From Amoebidium appalachense (Eukaryota > Protista > Ichthyosporea): DNA of 64,000 bases. Position 1 is the first letter of the stretch. Every line of letters begins with the position of its first letter. Location of the stretch: NCBI GenBank assembly GCA_963693365.1, contig CAVNZM010000008.1, positions 9,667,793-9,731,792 of the forward strand. Direction: 5' to 3'. The position numbers were made by a program, and so were the translations under genes. Below, piece by piece: positions 59,960-64,000 of the stretch. The notes beneath the pieces were generated by a model that saw only the letters and a list, made by a program, of their open reading frames with translations, was not told the DNA's origin and ran no database searches.

Positions 59960-60120
59960 CTCCCGATATCTCCAGATCGATCTCCCGATCGAAATCCAAC
60001 ATCGGGAGATATCGGGAGATAATGATTGGTTAAAAGTCACGTAACTTTGCAGTTTTTCTAATTGATTTCTTACTGCTTCTATATAAGGTTATTTTATCGG
60101 GAGAATCGGGAGGTCGGGAG
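59960..60120. promoter_or_regulatory. Candidate replication origin: ATCGGGAG iterons around an AT-rich core
   Basis: ctcccgat at 59960 and 59982 (ctccagat at 59970); atcgggag at 60001, 60011, 60096 and 60105 (gtcgggag at 60113); AT-rich 60019-60095. Starts 7 bp after the helicase stop. The repeats are seen; the function is inferred. Confidence 0.6.
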
Positions 60121-60266
60121 AGGGTTTGAGCTAAGGGGAGGTCAAAAAACGGAGCCATTTGATTGGAGGATAGGGTGTTTTGGGGGTTGCGATAATCGAC
60201 ATCAGAGAACCCCCGATCAGTCCAGATGGTTAATATTTTTTTTTTATCCAGAGTTTACAGTGAAAC

Positions 60267-60737
60267 ATGGAGGCGCAACTAGCCTTTGTGTGTGATTGGG
60301 AGACTTGTAAAATGCCTTTTGATAGTAATGCAGCACTCAGGCGACACACTCTCACACACCTGGGTCACCGTCCTCATGTCTGTTCGTGGCCAGGGTGCAT
60401 AAGAAGATTTACACAGAAACACTCGTTCGAGGTTCACTATCGGCTTCACACGGGGGAAGCACCATACCAATGCAGTTGGGATGGGTGTAAAGCTGTGTTT
60501 AGATGTAAAAGCCAACTAAAAATGCACCAGTACAAGCACACAGATGCAAGAGCATTTAAATGCACATGGGATGGTTGTGAAGCCAACTTTAATAGTAAAG
60601 ACGCACTCGTAGTGCACATGAATCGCCACACTGGAGACCGCCCATACCAATGTAAGGAACCAGGCTGCCAGGTGTCATATCGCCAGCGAGCCAGTCTCTG
60701 GTATCACATCCGAAAACACCATGTCGACATCCAATAA
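60267..60737 (+). CDS. C2H2 zinc-finger protein, 5 fingers, 156 aa
   Basis: Five fingers of the C.W.GC type with TGEAPY/TGDRPY linkers. Confidence 0.93.
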   Translation: MEAQLAFVCDWETCKMPFDSNAALRRHTLTHLGHRPHVCSWPGCIRRFTQKHSFEVHYRLHTGEAPYQCSWDGCKAVFRCKSQLKMHQYKHTDARAFKCTWDGCEANFNSKDALVVHMNRHTGDRPYQCKEPGCQVSYRQRASLWYHIRKHHVDIQ

Positions 60738-61051
60738 ACGTTAGAGACGAGCAAGCAGGTCTTGCACTTAGTCTGAAAACAGCTTTCAAAGCTACCGCGG
60801 CGGGGCATGGGGGGCTGGGAGTGGCTGGGGGTGGCACACTAAGCATGGGGCCGGGGAGGACGGGGAGGCACGGTGGCTCACCGGCGGCTCGCTTGGGCTT
60901 GATGTTTTTTTTTTCTTTGTGCTTATATGATGGCCGACTACGACGAGGCGTCTGTCAGAGACAGACTAGCACAAATGGGGGATCCGCACACGTGTCCTGG
61001 CTTGGGAGGGTGTGTCCATGTTGATGTAGGGCGCGATAAGAGTTGACGGCT

Positions 61052-61918
61052 TCATTCCAAATCCAGGGCGTTGCACACCGAGACCAGGTTTGCCCTTGCG
61101 CAGTCCAGCACGAAGGCCGCCAGCTCGGAGTAGTCGTGGGGCGGCGGCTGGCTCTGCGCGGCCAGCAGCAGCGAGTGGTAGCGCTCGCGGGACCTGCGGT
61201 CTGTGTACAACGAGAGGGGAACGGCAATATAGGGCGAGAGCAGCACGCTGACCAACAGACGGGCGACGCGCCCGTTGCCGTTGCTGAACGGGTGGATGTA
61301 GAGGAACTCCCCGAGGAAACGGGCGGCGACCTGTATGGCACCGAGAACGTCATTGCAGCCTTGGAGTTCGGTGCGTGTCCTTTCGAACAGACGCTTGAGA
61401 GCCTCTTCGATCTTGAACGGTGCAAGGTACTGATGACTGCAGCCTGCGGGAAGCGCAAAGCGCACCCGATACCGTCCAGCGCTATCGAGCAGCCCGTCCA
61501 TGACCTTGCGATGGACCTCCCTAGCGAGCTCCACCGTAAACGTGCCTGGATCAATCCCCTTCCAAACCCACGGTGTGGGGAACAGCTCGCGAACTGATGT
61601 AACGACGTTTTTCAGTTTCTTCGATGAGCGCGTGTGTTCGGACATTTCATCGGGGCAGGAGATCAGCCTCTCAATATGTTCGACTGGGACCTTTTCGTTT
61701 ATTTCCAATTCCATCAGGTGCTTGATGTATAACACTAGGTGGTGCGTTGTGTATCCCTGCATGAACAAAGCGCTGCTCTTATCGTTATCCAAAAACGTGC
61801 GCACCAGGTGGAGGCAGCGCACAACCGCCCCTTCGCTGAGTTGAGACATCACGGTGTTGAACCGACAGATAAAGTACCACAAACTATCAAAATCGACCTT
61901 TACGTCACACGGCAACAA
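61052..61918 (-). CDS. Fic/Fido-domain protein (start uncertain; first ATG at 61849)
   Basis: FLYIHPFSNGNGRVARLL motif, preceded by EVHRKVM...AGRYR and followed by RERYHSLL. Confidence 0.9.
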   Translation of the reverse strand: MLPCDVKVDFDSLWYFICRFNTVMSQLSEGAVVRCLHLVRTFLDNDKSSALFMQGYTTHHLVLYIKHLMELEINEKVPVEHIERLISCPDEMSEHTRSSKKLKNVVTSVRELFPTPWVWKGIDPGTFTVELAREVHRKVMDGLLDSAGRYRVRFALPAGCSHQYLAPFKIEEALKRLFERTRTELQGCNDVLGAIQVAARFLGEFLYIHPFSNGNGRVARLLVSVLLSPYIAVPLSLYTDRRSRERYHSLLLAAQSQPPPHDYSELAAFVLDCARANLVSVCNALDLE

Positions 61919-62910
61919 CCCGGCCCATATCCACCTGCGCGTTCACCACCCTGTTCTCCTGCCCCCGCCCCCTACCCAGTCCACCGATTTCTCCACAAAC
62001 CAGAGAGAACACGGCAGTGCCCATGAACGTTTGGCCCGCATTTTGCTAGAGAACAGCATCGCCGGTCCCCCCCATGTCTCCCGGAACCCAAGAGAACACC
62101 ATGGCATCCCCAACCATGTCTCCCGGATCCTTGGAGAACAGGTGCCGGGGGTGGACCCTGTTCGCCGATTGCTTTTTCCTAGGAGCGGGGCCTGGGGGCA
62201 TGAGGGGCACGCGAGGCACGGATGGCACAGTGGTCTCACGGGTCTGTGTGCCACAGGCGCCCCCCCCAGGCCCCCCCAGGCCCCCGGAACAGGCAACGCG
62301 GAACCACAACTTCGTTCCAAAGCAGCGCCAGATGTGCCAATAAACGGCCAAAGCAGCGCGCAGTTGGCTACCCCGCTATTCGATCTGATTGGTCGAAAGC
62401 GTTCAAGATCCTGACCAAGGTTTCAGAATCTGTTTGTAATCGTTGAAAGGACTATTTCTTCGCGATTTCTGTTTGAAATGTGACCGAATTGTTTATAAAA
62501 CTATCTTGAATATGAAATTGGGTATAAAACGTTTGATTTTATTCTTATGTTTGGTTCTAAGGGATAGAAGAGAAAAAGCCATCAGCTGTCATTGAAAAAT
62601 CTTGAAGCACTGGCATTGCCTGCTCTTCGCGGGATCTGATTGGATCTTGAATTGGGTGTGATCCAATCCCCAGCAGCCAATCGTGCAGTTTGGTGATCTG
62701 GATCTGAAAGCATTCTCCCAATCAAACGCGTGACTGGATATCATTTCGTCAGCATCAGTTGGGAATTGGCTTCTAAGGGCACGGCACAGCTGATAGGGTG
62801 TCACTTTCACACACCTTCTGTAGTGTCAACATCAAAGGCTTTGAAGTCGCTTGTTAGGTCGCCTTTTACTGATTTTTCGCTTTGCACCCCCATTTCTACA
62901 CACACACACC

Positions 62911-63774
62911 ATGGAACAAGTAGGCAAGCGCAGCTACAAATGGCTGACCGATCACCTTTTCACTAAGAACACCAAGGACAAATACATGGTCAAGTGCCGC
63001 GCTTGTGTCGCTGACATGCACAGCGACCAGATCCCCTCGCATGTGAAGGTGTGCAGGGAATTAAACCACTGCCAGGACGCCATCCTTGCCCTCGTCGCCA
63101 CAGAGAACGCCGTCGGGCCCGCGCGCGACAAGGTGCGTCCGTTGGTCACGGAGTTCGGGGGGTGCGCCGTGGCTGCACAGTCCGTCGTGCCGGGTCTGCG
63201 CCAGTACCTGCAGCAGCCTGGGCGCAACGTCGTGGGCGCGGCTAAAGCACGGGCGGTGGCGCAGGCGCTCCACGACATGGCAGAGGCGGCTCGGGCTGTT
63301 AAGGACGGGTATGTGGGTTTTTGGTCGGCGGAGGATGCTGTGGAGCGCAACAAGCAAGCGCTGCGCCATCGGATTGCCGAACGTGTCCACCGCCGCCAGG
63401 GCGGGGAGGGGCCCGGCCAGTTCGCCTACGTTCCCCGCCCCCCCGGTTCTCCCCGTCCAAACCTCGTCCCCTTTGCGCTCACACCCGGGGAGCTTGCAAG
63501 TGGCAACGTGCTCCGGCAGTGCGAGATATTTCTGTTTGATCGAGTGCAGAGGGATCCGAAGTACCCTCCCGGGAAACGTATCGACTCGGACGATGTGTGG
63601 GGGGCGGAGGAGAGAGACTCTGCTCTTGCGGCATCGATCGATGAGTGGGCGGTGGAGGTTCCCGTTTGGTGGGATGAGGGCAACCACTATTTTGTTCAGG
63701 ACATGGAGATGATTGAGCAGCGCCTGCGGGAGGGGTATGATTGGGTGATGAAGGTTGTTGCGGAGCTTGAGTGA
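62911..63774 (+). CDS. Hypothetical protein, 287 aa, with an N-terminal BED-like C2HC zinc finger
   Basis: accATGg start; W...LF.......VKCRAC......IPSHVKVC; CCAAT cluster upstream. Confidence 0.75.
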   Translation: MEQVGKRSYKWLTDHLFTKNTKDKYMVKCRACVADMHSDQIPSHVKVCRELNHCQDAILALVATENAVGPARDKVRPLVTEFGGCAVAAQSVVPGLRQYLQQPGRNVVGAAKARAVAQALHDMAEAARAVKDGYVGFWSAEDAVERNKQALRHRIAERVHRRQGGEGPGQFAYVPRPPGSPRPNLVPFALTPGELASGNVLRQCEIFLFDRVQRDPKYPPGKRIDSDDVWGAEERDSALAASIDEWAVEVPVWWDEGNHYFVQDMEMIEQRLREGYDWVMKVVAELE

Positions 63775-63797
63775 GGGCTGAGGGGGGGGGGGGGGGG

Positions 63798-63943
63798 GGG
63801 GTTGATGGGGTGGTGTTAGCATGAGCTAGATGGGGGTTGGTTTGATGGGATGGTGTTAGCATGAGCTAGATGGGGGTTGGTTTGATGGGGTGGTGTTAGC
63901 ATGAGCTAGATGGGGGTTGGTTTGATGGGATGGTGTTAGCATG
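63798..63943. repeat. 40-bp tandem repeat, ~3.5 copies
   Basis: atgagctagatgggggttggtttgatggg(a/g)tggtgttagc at 63821, 63861 and 63901. Confidence 0.9.
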
Positions 63944-64000
63944 GGAGGGCTTGGAAGTTGTTTGATGTGCTTCCGGGAGAAGTTCATGCACGAAATAAAC

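Larger units (their letters stand above)
46000..64000. mobile_element. Intronless virus-like / giant mobile-element island (left edge approximate, extends beyond the window)
   Basis: Abrupt switch to densely packed single-exon ORFs on both strands (SF3 helicase, Fic, C2H2, MYND), satellite arrays and few microsatellites. Confidence 0.8.

Noticed and set aside
46000-64000. Assignment to Polinton/adintovirus or NCLDV
   Set aside because: No pPolB, integrase, packaging ATPase, capsid or other NCLDV core gene is recognisable in the window; the class is left open.

Overview
Eukaryotic genomic DNA with two very different halves. From 1 to about 45.5 kb it is host sequence: four intron-rich genes that I assembled by hand, plus one intronless gene. 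The spliced genes encode an unknown 6-exon protein, a rolling-stone/AIG1-like membrane protein, glycogen synthase and a mitochondrial EngB/GTPBP8 GTPase; the intronless gene encodes a secreted Thr-rich protein. The introns are full of poly-C/G and (CA)n tracts, and most ORFs in the supplied track there are artefacts of these tracts. This half also has a cluster of MITE-like insertions with target-site duplications in a divergent promoter, and a dispersed intronic repeat that always has the same orientation relative to the host transcript. From about 46 kb to the window end it is a compact, intronless island that looks like a virus or mobile element. It encodes an SF3/D5-like helicase followed directly by an inverted iteron cluster around an AT-rich core (a rep-ori layout), a stand-alone paralog of the helicase N-terminal domain, two C2H2 zinc-finger proteins, a Fic protein, a MYND protein with a duplicated unknown domain and several coiled-coil proteins. 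It also carries satellite arrays and shared TATA/CCAAT promoters. No capsid, polymerase or integrase gene is visible, and the island appears to run past the window end. A unicellular opisthokont host (for example an ichthyosporean) is my inference only. All coordinates were read by eye.
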